A DNA stretch of 63,892 bases, the filler included, from Octopus bimaculoides (lineage: Eukaryota), in assembly GCF_001194135.2 (NCBI RefSeq). It is 4 parts of 4 records of this genome, joined end to end, with 100 filler letters (N's around TTAATTAATTAA, not from the genome) between each part and the next. Parts side by side here need not be neighbours in the genome. Positions count along the whole stretch, not along the records: positions 1 to 23,361 come from NC_068989.1; 3 more parts are not named here. One strand, given 5' to 3'. A program made the translations under genes and the position numbers. Below the pieces are notes generated by a model. The model was not told where the DNA came from. It saw only the letters and a list, made by a program, of their open reading frames with translations, and did no database searches. Positions 1 through 12,654 of the stretch are shown here, one piece after another. Each line of letters begins with the position of its first letter. Position 1 is the stretch's first letter.

Positions 1-1
1 A

Positions 2-53
<52 letters not shown>

Positions 54-66
54 CAATGACGATGGT
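2..66 (+). repeat. (GAT)n microsatellite
   Basis: Near-perfect GAT run at the window start; the same motif forms the tail of the RTE-type repeats elsewhere in the window. Confidence 0.9.
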
Positions 67-260
67 GATATAAAGAGAAATTATTGATATAGTTTGATAA
101 AAAGGTTTCATTGAACAATTAGAAATTCAGAGTTCTAGATAAAGCTTCTGATAACTCTGGGTAACATGATTTTTGTCCTTGGGCAGCAACTGTTATTTCT
201 TGTTGGCTTTCCCCAAGAGGGATGAAAAATGGTTAATATTTCCTTTGCTTTTGTTACATT

Positions 261-420
261 TATTCAAACCCCAAAGAATTCCTCTCAACACATGGCTATG
301 ATACTCCCCCACTACTCTTGCTCACAATCAGAGATGCACATATCATCAACCACCAAGAGACATGATCAACTGGTTAAAGTCAAACAACTGACAAGCAAAT
401 TGGTATTGAGCAGAATATTG
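261..420 (+). mobile_element. Partial, CpG-decayed copy of unclassified repeat family A
   Basis: Matches the internal part of the copies at 16517-17050, 23598-24000 and 57175-57705 (ttcaaaccccaaagaattcctctcaacacatggctatg...gagcagaatatt). Confidence 0.85.
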
Positions 421-606
421 TTATAACGATATTTCTGCTCCAGTAACTCAGCATTGAATCTGTCTGAAATGTAATGGAAAATAGGTCAGTTTCAAAACAT
501 TGATGTCCAGGTCACAAAAGCAAAGATTGAAGAGATTAGTAGTCATTTCCTTTGATTTCTAGACAGACGCATTTATGAAATAATACTTACTGACCACATA
601 AATATT

Positions 607-710
607 AATGACTTGTAGGGATGCAGTATTTCGTTATGCAACCATAATATACTATAAAGTATATTAAATGTTTTTATAAGTTGTCAATACTGTGTTCTAC
701 TGTGTTAGCA
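607..710 (+). repeat. Old interspersed repeat fragment with a second copy at 10948-11051
   Basis: aatgacttgtag...atttcgttatgcaaccataatatactataaagtat...ttctactgtgttagca aligns by eye with aatgacctgtat...atttcgttatacaaccatagtatagtataaagtat...ttctactgcgttagca. Confidence 0.7.
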
Positions 711-890
711 GTAGAATATCTGTAGAGACTTACTCACCGAAGACAAACAAAAAAAACAATGAATATAAATTTTGTTACTCAATGTAGTAAGAAGGAGATG
801 GTGATTTATTGCATAGAGCACAAAGGTAATTATAGAGGGCTTAGATTGTGAGATCAGATTATGGAAGTTATATAAACAGTTATAGTTCAA

Positions 891-1330
891 ATGATTAAGG
901 AGAGGGTTAGCTTAGATGAGATGCAACTCAGCTTTGTGCCAGAAAGAAGTACTAGTGATGTCTTCTTCCTTATGAGACAACTGCAGGAGAAGCACTTAAC
1001 TAGGTGTAAGCCACAGTACTTAACATTTGTTAATCTGGGGAAAACTTTTGACAGGTCCTTCATTCTGATATCTTGTGGTTACCAGGAAAGCTAGGGATCT
1101 ATGAATGGCTTGTGAAGACCATAAAAGTAATACATAGAAGTGTTGTCAGTAAGGTGGGAGTTAACCATGAGTACAGTGATGAATGTAATATGGGTATGGA
1201 TCCAGAAGGGTTCAGTGCTCAGTCCTCTTCTATTTATCATATTCCTTCTGACCATAACAGAGCAGTTTAAAGCTAACTGTCATTTGGAAACTCTTTTGTG
1301 ATGACATTGCTCGTATAGCTAAATCTGTGC
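891..1330 (+). mobile_element. RTE-clade LINE reverse transcriptase fragment (frameshifted)
   Basis: Translates across frameshifts to ERVSLDEMQLSFVPERSTSDVFFLMRQLQEK..YLTFVNLGKTFDR, LGIYEWLVKTI and QKGSVLSPLLFII..DDIARIA, matching the RTE RT motifs QFGF..RST, FVDLEKAFD, QGSVLSPLLF and YADD. Confidence 0.9.
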
Positions 1331-1361
1331 AAGAAGAAAGAAGACTGTTCTGGTATAGGCA

Positions 1362-1895
1362 AGGAGGCTTTTACATACCACTGGCACAGGTGCTTTTACA
1401 TGTCACTGGCATGAGCACTTTTACATGTCATCGACACAAGTACTTTTACATGTCACCAGCATGGGTGCCCGTTACGTGACACTGGCAATGGCCATGACTA
1501 TGATTTCACATGACTTGACGAGTCTTCTCAAGCACAGCATATCGCCAAAGGTCACAATCACTTGTCATCACCTCTATGAGACCTAACATTTGAAGATCAT
1601 GCTCCACCACTTCATCCCATGTCTTCTTGGGTTCTACCTCTTCCACAGGTTTCCTCCACAGGTTTCCTCCACAGGTTCCTTCCACAGGTTACCTCCACAG
1701 TTAGAGATTGGCACAGATATCGTGGTCTATACACATCACATGATCATACCAGTGCAGTCTTCTCTCTTTCACACCACATCTGATACCTCTAATGCCCAAG
1801 TTTTTCCTTAAGATGCTAACATTTTGTCATACATGCACACTGACATTGCATTTCCAGCAAAGCATACTAGCTTCATTTCTTTCAAGCCTTCACAT
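1362..1895 (-). mobile_element. RTE LINE 3-prime end (ORF C-terminus plus 3-prime UTR)
   Basis: Minus strand reads ...KTWDEVVEHDLQMLGLIEVMTSDCDLWRYAVLEKTRQ, the typical RTE C-terminus, followed by a UTR with 4 x 25-bp repeats (1368-1467). It carries an internal 13-bp tandem expansion at 1643-1701. Confidence 0.8.
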
Positions 1896-3264
1896 GTTCT
1901 TTGCAGTCATAGCCCAGGTTGAAAATCAAGGAAGGGTTAGTGACAGGAAGAGCATCCAGATGTAAAACAATGCCTCATTTTTTTAACTCATGTAACATGA
2001 AAAAACAGATGTAAAGTAAACACATTTATATATAAGGAGAACTTTTCCTTTAGATATTTTATATTAAAAACATAACTATGTTCCAATTTAATCATTAAAA
2101 AACTTCTTTTTGTATTTCTATATAAGATCCTTGTCATTTGTTGGAAATAATAAAATCCTGATTTCCATTTTATAGAGGCTTCCAGATCATCTCAGTATTC
2201 TCATCAGGATGTGAAGTGTTGCTGGCTTCTCTACTACCTCTTTATAGTGACAACTTGCATTTATACAGACCTTATCATCAGAATTTGTCTATTAGAATTA
2301 TATGCTGTCTGTCATATGCTTATCCTGTTTGTGATATGTGTATGTTGTCTATGAGTAAAATATGTGTATTTTAGTCTTGTACTGTGATATTAGTGTTTCT
2401 TCTATGATTAATCACCTACTTTACTGGCAAAATCTGTATAATATGGATATATTATTTGTTAATATTTTTCTATTTAGCTTTGATTTATGGTATGTGATAT
2501 AGTGTATTGCAATTGTTCCTTATAAATGCATTGTGTATCTATGCACAGCCAATGTAACAATTAGAATCATAGGTTTATAACTTCTACAGTTGAATTTATA
2601 ATTTATATTGATTATTTGTAACTTGTTTTCAGGTTTACATGTCTGTTATTTGTTGTCGATAATGAGATTTATTATTTTGATGTTTTTGCAATACATTATT
2701 AAAAACAATAGATACACTAACAGCACAACAAATGCATAGCAAGAAAAAATGTCCACATAGCTACAAAATGGCAGCAACCAGATCACTACTTATGAGAACA
2801 TTAAGATTCTCTTCCACAAAAGAAACACAAATAAAGAAGTCCATGGAATAAAACAAATACTAAATTAACAATGGATATTCAGACTAGTAGCGCAAACTAG
2901 ACTCAGATATAAATGCTATTGAAGACAATTAACCATCTATCTTATACAGATATCCCTAAGCTGTACTCTATGGATTATACAAAAGTAATGCTGCTATAGA
3001 CAGTAGAATAAATTTATTAGAAGAATTGGATTGAGATTCAGATGACAAAAATGTGCCAAGGCAACCTTGAATAAAGAAAAATTAATTATGGACACTAACA
3101 GATAAAGAAACAGAGATAGCGGAATTAGAATGTATACAGACATACAAATAATCAGGAATCAATGATCTAGATAAAGTACAACACACTCAAATGAAAGAAA
3201 AGGTCAGGTAGAAATATTATTGGATGCATTAGACTAATACTTTTTTCTAATTTTGGCAGGAATT

Positions 3265-3410
3265 TTGAGGGGAGGTGGGGGAAATCGATTTCACTGACCC
3301 CGTTGATCAACTGGTACTTATTTTATTGACCAAGAAAGGATAAAAGGCAAAGTCAACCTCAGCAAAATTTGAACTCAGAACGTAAGGCCAGAAGAAACGC
3401 TGCTGGCAAA
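3265..3410 (-). mobile_element. tRNA-derived SINE with Deu/Nin-like central domain (family N), decayed
   Basis: Reverse complement of the gagttcaaatt...ctttgcctttcatcctttc...ataaaataagtaccagt consensus seen at 19851. Confidence 0.75.
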
Positions 3411-3775
3411 TGATGGTAAGAGTATGACTGATGTAATGACCTGTTCACTGAAAGGATGGTTTAATATTATTCCAATCATTTTAATTGTATCTGCTGAGTG
3501 GCTCTAGTTTAGTCTGTATCATCTCCAACGAAGATTACCCCCATTTAAGGACCAGTCTACATTTATCAGATGTGGGGCACATCTCTTATATTATTATTGG
3601 AACAATGAATTTGTTAATAACAGAATGTTAGAGTCCATTAGGATTAAGTAATTAAATGCTATCAACCACTTATCTTACCTGAAAATTCTTTGAAATGATA
3701 CAAATTTAATAATTTGTCTGGATGGTAAATATTTGTACCCCGCAGTCACTTTGATGGCATGCACTGCTCTCTCAC

Positions 3776-3808
3776 CCAATAACAACAATAATAATAATAA
3801 TCATAATC

Positions 3809-3850
<42 letters not shown>
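3776..3850 (+). repeat. (AAT)n microsatellite
   Basis: Direct observation; lies between a family A terminus (3733-3778) and a Dong/R4 3-prime remnant. Confidence 0.9.
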
Positions 3851-3857
3851 GACATGA

Positions 3858-4062
3858 AGACAAATACATAGCTAAAACCCCATGGCTGATGAATATATAT
3901 AACAGAGAAAATGTCACTGTTAGGCACCACACATAATTTTATGTATAGCACATTCAATACAGCAAAAAATAACAGCAAATCAAGCTATGGCATACACCCA
4001 AGGCACACAGAGCTGTGCTCAGTAGGGCAGTGAAAGCACGCAATAAAAGTAGCACTACTGAA
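3858..4062 (+). mobile_element. 5-prime-truncated, decayed Dong/R4-type LINE 3-prime end
   Basis: Aligns with 61260-61468 (gacaaatacata...cccaaggcacacagagctgtgctcagtag...gtgaaagcacg...actactgaa). Confidence 0.75.
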
Positions 4063-4074
4063 TGATGATGATGA

Positions 4075-4425
4075 TGATTTCAGGTTTTGGAACAAGGCCA
4101 GCAATTTCAAGGGAGAGCGCAGCACACCATTGGTTGTAACAAGTGTTCCAGTTGATTCAATCAATGGAACAACCTGCTCATGAAACTAGCATAAAAGTGG
4201 CTGAGAATTCCACAGACACATGTACTCTTAACATAGTTCTCAGTGAGATTCAGCATGACACAGAATGTGATAAGGCTCAACTTATTTTTTACCAGCTGAG
4301 TGAACACTGGAGGAATGTGAAACAAAGTGTCTTGCTCAAGGAAACAATGCACTGCTGGCAATTGAACTGATGATCTTATGATCATGAGCTAAATACGCTA
4401 ACCTTTAAGCTGTGCAGCTTCACAG
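4075..4425 (-). mobile_element. tRNA-derived SINE (family C)
   Basis: Shares cttaacatagttctcag..gattcagc..gacacagaatgtga...ccagctgagtgaactgg...aaagtgtcttgctcaagg with copies at 6790-7125 and 23050-23320. Confidence 0.75.
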
Positions 4426-4434
4426 GGGAGGGGG

Positions 4435-4595
4435 AGGGGACAAGTCAATTACATCAATCTCAGTAGTCAACTGTTGTCTATTTTATCAATCTTGAAAGGA
4501 TGAAGAGCAAAGTTAACATCGGTGGAATTTGAACTCAGAACACAAAGATGGACAAAATGCTGGCATGCTAACAATTCTGCCAGCTCACCGCTTTA
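4435..4595 (-). mobile_element. Family N SINE, decayed
   Basis: gaaaggatgaa..gcaaagtt...ggaatttgaactcagaac...ttctgccagctcaccg; B-box and A-box on the minus strand. Confidence 0.75.
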
Positions 4596-4622
4596 CATAA
4601 TAATAATAATAATAATAATAAA

Positions 4623-4993
4623 AACAAGAGCACTCAGAGAGTGCAAACCTCCATCAAGGCAACACCAATGTCCTCTCAATGATTAGCTGGAGATAATTTC
4701 TAAAATGAGAATATCTGAAATAAACTCGACTGCTCTCGCAAATGAGAATACTAAAAATGAACCCTACCACTTTCAAAAATTAAGTAAAACAAAAGCAGGA
4801 AAAATAATCCAGAATCCTTGTTCAGTGCTAGATCAATCCCAAAATCTAATCAGTTCATGCCAGTCGTGAGGCCAAACATCTCTGTAAAGTTTCATTCGAA
4901 TCCATCCAGTGGTTCTTGAGATATCTTGTCCACGGATAAACAAACAAACTCGACTGTAAACAATACTTCTGCCTTCGCTGAGGTGGAGGTAAT
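4623..4993 (+). mobile_element. Non-autonomous Helentron/HINE (DINE-1-like) element
   Basis: 5-prime aacaagagcactcagagagtgcaaacctccatcaaggc and 3-prime aaagtttcattcgaatccatccagtggttcttgagatatc...acaaacaaac...ccttcgctgaggtggaggtaat. The subterminal cctcc/ggagg inverted motif is typical of HINEs. Confidence 0.6.
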
Positions 4994-5410
4994 GATAATA
5001 ATGCTTTGCTGAAATAATTCTAATCATTGTGAATACAGGCTAGCAAAGTCTCAGAACATTATAAGATCATGGCAATATGCTTCTATGAATGAACAAATAA
5101 ACTAACTCTTTTACATCACCAGTTCTGATTGACTGGTAACATAAGCAGTATTTAATAGACATTAGGAAAGCAGCTGATGGATAGAGAATTGTGCATGTAT
5201 TTCACACACATGGATGGCATCTGTTTAAAAATTCATGAGAATGCATATTGTCGCAGGTGTATTTGTTTTGCAGCAGCAGAAACAAATTCTGCTTCACCAA
5301 ATCCTCTTTGTTTTCATCTATGATGTTATCAGCATGTATTTCTTTACAATATTGATATTCATATAGATTGAATAGTGATATAACCAATATGTCTTGCATA
5401 CTCAATCATT

Positions 5411-5580
<170 letters not shown>

Positions 5581-5724
5581 CGCCTGTGCGTGTTTGTTAG
5601 AGTATTCTATGAATGTCAAGCCTAGAGCAAAGTTCAGCAGGTAAGTTGAACACAATTTTATGCACTTGTTTTACTTTAGTATAAAAAAAACTGTAACCTT
5701 CCTACAAGAATATGTAGTGTAACT

Positions 5725-5905
5725 ACAATGTGTGATTGAATGTCTTAGAACTTTGCTTTGTGATCATAAATTCCTGGGTTCAATCCCACATTGTGGCATC
5801 TTGAGCAAATGTCTTTTACCATTACTTCAGATCAATCAAAAGCTTTATGAGTAAAATTGGGTAGAGGGGAAACTGTGCAGAAGCCTATCAGACAGACTGT
5901 GCCCA
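5725..5905 (+). mobile_element. Decayed CORE-type SINE
   Basis: gggttcaatcccacattgtggcatcttgagcaaatgtctttt resembles the B-box plus CORE segment of the copy at 18180. Confidence 0.65.
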
Positions 5906-5964
5906 TAATTCAAAGATGCATCCATGTTACATCTGTATCACATTGGTTCATTATCCTTCTCGTC

Positions 5965-6190
5965 CTCATCATCATATAATGTCCATGTTCCATACTGGGT
6001 GGGTCAGTTTGACAAGATTCAATGAGTTCAAGGACTGCATTGTGCTAAAGTGTCTACTTTGGCATGGTTTCTATGACTTGATGCTCTTCCTAATGCCAAC
6101 TAATTTACAGCATATACTGGGTACAGTTCTTTCTTTTTTTTGTGCCACTAACACAACTGAGATTGCCCATCAGCTGGCAATACTCTGAAC
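5965..6190 (-). mobile_element. RTE-tail SINE/LINE 3-prime remnant, decayed
   Basis: catcatcat...aatgtccatgttccatactgggtgggtcagtttgac...gatgctcttcctaatgccaac; same family as 6360. Confidence 0.65.
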
Positions 6191-6359
6191 CCCAAGGGAA
6201 GTAGGGTTGGCTTTATGTTAAGGGTGGGAACTAAAATATGAAAGAAGGGAGTAACAGAGCAGGTTCTTGTAGAAGAACTGCATGGTTGCTCACATCATGC
6301 TGCTGATTTAGCTTGAGAATTACATTAAGTGTACAAAAGTCTGTGGAATACTCAACTAC

Positions 6360-6705
6360 ATCATCATCGTCATCATCATCATTTAACGTCCGCTTTCCAT
6401 GCTAGCATGGGTTGGACGATTTGACTGGAGACTGGTGAAACCAGATGGCTACACCAGGCTCCAATCTGATTTGGCAGAGTTTCTACAGCTGGATGCCCTT
6501 CCTAATGCCAACCACTCTGAGAGTGTAGTGGGTGCTTATACATGCCACCGGCACGCAGGCCAGTCAGGCGGTACTGGCAACGGCCACACTCAAAATGGTG
6601 TATTTTATGTGCCACCCGCACAGGAGCCAGTCCAGCGGCACTGGCAACGATCTCGCTCGAATGTCTTTACACATGCCATCCGGCACAAGTACATATTCAA
6701 TAAAT
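6360..6705 (-). mobile_element. RTE-tail SINE/LINE 3-prime end with (GAT)n tail
   Basis: catcatcatcatttaacgtccgctttccatgctagcatgggttggacg...ctacagctggatgcccttcctaatgccaaccact; sibling copies at 44625 and 49200. Confidence 0.85.
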
Positions 6706-6789
6706 CAAAGAGCAGGCAATTCAAACATTTAAATTCTCATCATCATGACCAATAAAAGTCTATTTGTTTTATACAATGGACTCTCCCAT

Positions 6790-7125
6790 CGAAGACAACA
6801 TACGAGTGTTCAGTTTTTACCGAATGACCTGCAGAAATGATTTTTGTATTGTGATTAAACACATGTGCTGTACATTGGCTCACACTCTCCAGCAAATTGA
6901 CGTTGCCTGAACAGGTACATGATGTACCACATGATGTACATGATGTACATGATGTACATGATGTACATGATGTACCACAGGTTAGGTGTCGAAGTGATCA
7001 TAGAGCAACTTGAGATGAAGTGTTCTGCTCAAGAACACAACAGACCACTCAGTCTGAGAATTGAAACCATGATCTCACAATTGTAAGTGCAGCACCCTAA
7101 CCACTAAGCCATGAACCCTCACACT
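6790..7125 (-). mobile_element. Family C SINE with internal (CATGATGTA)n expansion at 6916-6977
   Basis: tgagatgaagtgttctgctcaagaacacaac...gaattgaaaccatgatct...ccctaaccactaagcca (B-box and A-box on minus); about six 9-bp tandem units. Confidence 0.7.
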
Positions 7126-8284
7126 AGGCTATGCACCCTCACATGTGCCCTGTTTTATATACAGTATCCAAATTCATAAAATTTTATGGCATATTTTATC
7201 ACTGAGGAAGCTGGATGCACTTCCTAATGCCAGCCACTTTACAGAGTGGATTATATATAAACACTGTTATATTTGGGGATGGTCATTTTCTTTTTTTTTT
7301 TTTGCCAATAAACACACATATTATTTATTTGATCTTCACTTTAGCATTATCATCAGAGTTCTTTCCTCACACATTCTGTGACCTCTTCAGTGATTTCTGT
7401 TCCTCATGTCTCTACACCTCTCTAATCTTGTCCTGTCTATTCCATTTTGTCTTTCTCTGGTATGTAACCCTATTTGCGCATGTGTTTACTTCTGTACTTG
7501 TGTGTGTGTTTCTATGTATTAGTTATGTGTATGTGTGTCATGTGTGCGTATATGGGTTTGTATATTACATTGTTTGTACTCATGTCGTTATCTATTTATT
7601 TTTTTTTATTCTGTTCTTAGTCGGTGGATTGTGGGGTGTAATGGAGTGTGTGGTGGTGGTGGTGGTGGAGGTGGGGTTTATTACTCCATTCACGTTTTCT
7701 GATGAGGCTCGATCTATTTTCTGTTATGTGTGTGGTCTCTGTAATGTATTTGTGTGTCATGTCTGTTCTGTGTGCTGACAAGATCCTAACATCTATGTCA
7801 TTTACTGAACACCCATGCTCTAGTTCAGCATGTTGGTATAGCACTGATGAGCTTTTCTCTTCTTTGAGTTCCCACCAGCGTTAAGCATTTCGCCCAGCGT
7901 GCTAACGATTCTGCCAGCTCACCGCAAACTTTTTACTATACAGTCACACTTGTTTGTATATCCATTACACATGTTATAGACATTGTTAATTAAATAATTG
8001 TTTGTGTGGAGAAGAATCATAGAGAGCAAGATCTTATTTCTTTTTGGAAAGGGGCTTTGTCTAAAATCTTAGAAATACCCTACCTTAAAGGTGCACAAAT
8101 TTTCCAGTTTCATAAAATTTATTTAAACAGATCATTGCGGATTTCTTTGGATCATAGAAGTTCTCTTATTTTATAGAGGACAATATATTGTTTTATACTG
8201 AGAAGAATATCTCATTTTCCTTAGAAACATGGTTAGAGATGGATAAAAGCATAATTAAACAATCAAATGTATCTCTCATGTATC

Positions 8285-8645
8285 CTCAATAGGTACTTAT
8301 TTTATCCACCCAAAAAGAATGAACAGCAAAGCTGACTTTGGCAGAATTGGAACTCAGGACATATACAAAGGGGTACTGAAAAGTTCTTGGATTTAAGGGT
8401 ATCACGAAAGGCCTGGTTAGAGGCCCAACCTTCTGAATTCTTTTACAGGGTTTAGAAAAAACTGAAGGACTGCTGCAATATGTGTGTGAATCTGAGAGGG
8501 GAATATGCTGAATAAAATCATAATTAACTGATCCTCCTGTATTTTCTTTTACTCAAAGCCGAGAACTTTTCAGCAACCCCTCATAAAGACAGACAAAATG
8601 CTGCTAAGCATTTCACATGCTAATTATTGTGCCAGCTCACCACCC
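8285..8645 (-). mobile_element. Family N SINE interrupted by a mariner MITE
   Basis: The SINE halves (...gaattggaactcaggacata / aagacagacaaaatgctgctaagcatt...gccagctcacc) rejoin when 8366-8583 is removed. Confidence 0.75.
8366..8583 (+). mobile_element. Mariner-derived MITE with TA target duplication
   Basis: TIRs caaaggggtactgaaaagttcttggattt / aaagccgagaacttttcagcaacccctca flanked by TA; the interior retains the mariner transposase C-terminus (QGLEKLKDCCN.CVNLRGEYAE*). Confidence 0.85.
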
Positions 8646-9629
8646 TATCTCGTTTATAATGACGATTGTAGTAATGCTACAATGGGAAACGGGAAGAATC
8701 CGTGCATTTGAGAGCCAATGATTGCTGTATATTGGTGTGCAGTTAGTGTATTGGGCTTCTTTGGATGTCTTTGTGCAACNNNNNNNNNNNNNNNNNNNNN
8801 NNNNNNNNNNNNNNNNNNNNNNNNNNNNNNNNNNNNNNNNNNNNNNNNNNNNNNNNNNNNNNNNNNNNNNNNNNNNNNNNNNNNNNNNNNNNNNNNNNNN
8901 NNNNNNNNNNNNNNNNNNNNNNNNNNNNNNNNNNNNNNNNNNNNNCATCACCCCCCACCACCACCACCTCCTCCTACGTATATGTGAAAAATATTCCAAA
9001 GTTGACTTTGTAAGATTTCTGATGTTAAAGTCTCAGCATCCTTTGTCTTAGCATTTCTAGTAGCAATAGAGCAATTATTAAAAAATTATTGAAGATAATC
9101 CATTATTCTTCTGCTTCTATTTATAGTTTCAGAAATTTTTTTAACATTGAATTTTTTTTTTCCTTAGTTTTCCTCCATATTTGATCAATTGTCACTTTGC
9201 CATCTGCTAAACCAATATTTTGATGCTGCCACTTCCTTTCGCTTAGATTCTTGTAGATTAGTGGAAAATATTAGATATTCAGAAATAGAAATGTTATTCA
9301 TTTCCTTTTCAATCAGCTGTCATATTTTATTTGCAATCACTATGTAATATCCATCACACTCTTCCATAACTACTGCTTGACATAATTGTTACTTCAGCAA
9401 ACATCAGGATTTGAAACTTTGTTAGTATGGCTTCAACAGCAACATTAGGCTTGCTGAGAAAGTCAGCGTCATTGTTGTCATTGTCACCACCACCGCCGTC
9501 ACTACCATCATCACCATCACCATCATCAACATCACCACTACCATTGCCATCGTCACTAACATTGTGGTTGTCATCCTCCTCCTCATCATCATCATTATTT
9601 CACATCAGTTTTTCATGCTGGCATGGATT

Positions 9630-9707
9630 GGACTGTTCAACAAGATTCAAAAGTCCTCATTATAATGGAGGACTGTTCAACAAGATTCAAAGGTCCTCAC
9701 TATAATG
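9630..9707 (+). repeat. 40-bp direct tandem duplication (2 copies)
   Basis: ggactgttcaacaagattcaaaagtcctcattataatgga followed by ggactgttcaacaagattcaaaggtcctcactataatg. Confidence 0.9.
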
Positions 9708-10620
9708 TCTAAGCTTTGGCATAGCTGAATGCTATGATTGGGTGATCTCCCCAATGGTAAACTCTTTACAGAGTGTAATGGGTGTATTTTTCTTAGCACT
9801 AGTGCAAGTGAGGTCACTATGAAACTTGCAAAGCTGAACTGCCTCACCCCACTCAACTGAAAGGGAGTATAAGAGAGAGGGTGATGGCTTTATGATGAGG
9901 TGTTGAGAGTTTAAAGTATAACGAGAAGAAAAGGAATAAGTTTGATTTTGTGGAAGAGGTTCATGGCTACTTTGCATTGTAAATAAGTGAGTGGAGGTGA
10001 GTGGAGTGGTGCTAGAAAAAGAGATAAATATGCCATGATGAAGTGCAAGAGTGTACCCCCATAGTAACATATTCAAGAAGAAAGAATAGAGAGAGAAGAA
10101 CCAGAAAAGATGGTTGAGGTTGCAAGGGTGAGGAAGGGGAGTGAGATATGAACAGAAATAGGGGTGGATGTAGTCGAGGGTTAATGGGGTGAATGAAATG
10201 AATAGTGAATAAAAGTGAGGGGTGGTGAACTATAGTAAATATGGGTGGTGGGGTATTGATAAGAATAAAGGATAGCTGGTGATAGGAAATGGCTCAGGGA
10301 AAAAGGAGTGATGACTGGCAGCACAGAAAGAGTGGTGATATGATATGTAATAACGAATTCTGCTTTTGTTAATCATAGTAGCAAAAAAATCCAGTAGACA
10401 GAGAGTGATGGAGGGGTGAGTGACAAGGAGATAGGAAGTGAAAAGCAACAAATGTGAATTTGACAGAGATATGTTGGGTGAGGAACTCAAGTTATAGGGA
10501 TAGGAAAGCAATTCTTAAAGAAAATAATTGCCAAACAAAGCAATGGTTATCCAAAACGATTATGAAATAAAACAAGTGAAACAAAACTATTTGTTAAACC
10601 AAACAACGGTCAAAGACAAC

Positions 10621-10785
10621 CAGGGTTGGCCCTAGGGTTGCTGGCGCCCCAGGCAAGCAGAACTTCGGCGTGTACAAGCTGACAGTCGTAGAAATTTCTT
10701 TGTCTTTGTCACGCCCTCCTTGGCGCCCCCTAGCACATGACGCCCGGGCGATTGTCCGAGTTGCTGGTACCTTGAGTCGACCCTG
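10621..10785. mobile_element. hAT-family MITE
   Basis: TIR cagggttggccc / gagtcgaccctg, internal ggcgcccc motifs, and an 8-bp TSD aagacaac / aagacaat (7/8). Confidence 0.8.
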
Positions 10786-11333
10786 AAGACAATTATCAAA
10801 CGAAACAATAGTCCAACAAAACAAAAGTCAAATAAAACATCTCAGTCAACGCGATTTGTCTATCTTAAAGTCACATGACCTGGATAGCGTCAGGTCTTAT
10901 CTGTGTCTTCTCAGGTGAACGAAGAAGAAAATATTTTCATTATGTTTAATGACCTGTATGTACGTGGCATTTCGTTATACAACCATAGTATAGTATAAAG
11001 TATGTTAGACGTTTTTTATAAGACAATAGCGCCTTCTACTGCGTTAGCAATGCGTTTTTACATTACCTCGTTAAGGTCATCTCTACAGATATTCTATAGA
11101 GATTATAGCCAGCTCTGATTTTTGAAAACTACGTTTCGCATACGAGACGTCAGATATAAACAATGCCATGTTTCGGAGGATTTTGCCCCTTCGTTAGCAC
11201 CCATCTAACCCATTAATCATCCTTGAATTCATTGCTTAAAAACACTCTTCGTTATGATGTCACTTAAAATAATTACAGTACTAATTTTCCAGTTTTGCCG
11301 TCCAAACGTTTATTTTGCTTATTTGAACCTACT

Positions 11334-11519
11334 GCGTGGCCGTCGCCCAAGATGGGTGGGAGTCACTGGACGGCACTGATCCGTCACTATTCAATGGTGC
11401 ACCCTCAGATTTACAGTAATACACTTATTTCGAAACTCCACTTTAGAATTATTACAAATTAGTGCCCACCCAGAATATTCTGAAGCACCCTCAGAGACCA
11501 AAGTCTGGCGACGGGCCTA
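11334..11519. mobile_element. Degenerate hAT-like MITE
   Basis: Ends ggccgtcgccc and ggcgacgggcc are inverted; possible 8-bp TSD acctactg / gcctacag (6/8). Confidence 0.45.
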
Positions 11520-12034
11520 GCCTACAGCCAAGTATTTTCGCACTTCCTTAAGAGAAATGCCTATCTTCCATAATATCATTAGAAGGGATCTACGGTTTTT
11601 GAAAGAAATTTCCTGCGTTGGCCTTTCTCTCATTGGTTTCTGTTCTCGGCACGGCCCAAGGATTATCCTCAATTGTTATTACGGAATGCGGTACTATGAA
11701 GTTAAGCCACATTAATTTTCAACACACCTTTGAATATTCCTATTTGAGATACAGTTTATTGCTTAACAATGTTTTCAACCAGAACAATGAAAGTGCAGCC
11801 TATNNNNNNNNNNNNNNNNNNNNNNNNNNNNNNNNNNNNNNNNNNNNNNNNNNNNNNNNNNNNNNNNNNNNNNNNNNNNNNNNNNNNNNNNNNNNNNNNN
11901 NNNNNNNNNNNNNNNNNNNNNNNNNNNNNNNNNNNNNNNNNNNNNNNNNNNNNNNNNNNNNNNNNNNNNNNNNNNNNNNNNNNNNNNNNNNNNNNNNNNN
12001 NNNNNNNNNNNNNNNNNNNNNNNNNNNNNNNNNN

Positions 12035-12065
<31 letters not shown>

Positions 12066-12184
12066 GCATACAACAAACAAATAAATAGAATAACGGTACA
12101 ACTGAATGGTGTTAACTGGCGGTATCTTAGGCCATTCACAGAATATTATTTACGCTCAAATACTACATCAACAATAACTATAAT

Positions 12185-12281
<97 letters not shown>
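12185..12281 (+). repeat. (GAAA)n-(GATA)n compound microsatellite
   Basis: Direct observation. Confidence 0.95.
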
Positions 12282-12654
12282 GGTGCCTTCAGAGAGAAAA
12301 TGTCCTAGTAAAAAATGTTGATCCTGGAACGCATTCGAAATTGAATTATCATCCCTAGAACCATGTAAGGATGATCAAAGGCAGCCTGTAATGCAACACA
12401 GATAACAGAGTTAAACGGAATACAAACAGTTACACAGAACCCAAAGGCAAAACTGGAAACTGTCAAAAACCTATTGTACATTTTCTATGGCAACACTACC
12501 TTACCAAAATTATATAACGATTTTTTTTTTTAATTTATGTTAACATGTACTTGGGAAGTTGTTTTCCATGTTTTTAACCTGTCGATGTAATCGTTTAAAC
12601 CAACTGCTACCATACCGCATTTTTCTGTTAATCTAATTGGTATACTATACAGCT

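Noticed and set aside
1368-1467. Regularly spaced 25-bp repeats (and the 40-bp pair at 9630) superficially like CRISPR
   Set aside because: No unique spacers, no cas genes, eukaryotic context; they are tandem units, the first within a LINE UTR.
2700-3210. Coding-looking, acidic, stop-ridden segment after an acceptor-like site at about 2633
   Set aside because: No recognisable domain; probably a decayed DNA transposon, but unassignable.
9750-10500. Purine-rich strand-biased tract with ORFs on the minus strand
   Set aside because: Low-complexity translation with no motif; likely an ancient repeat remnant.
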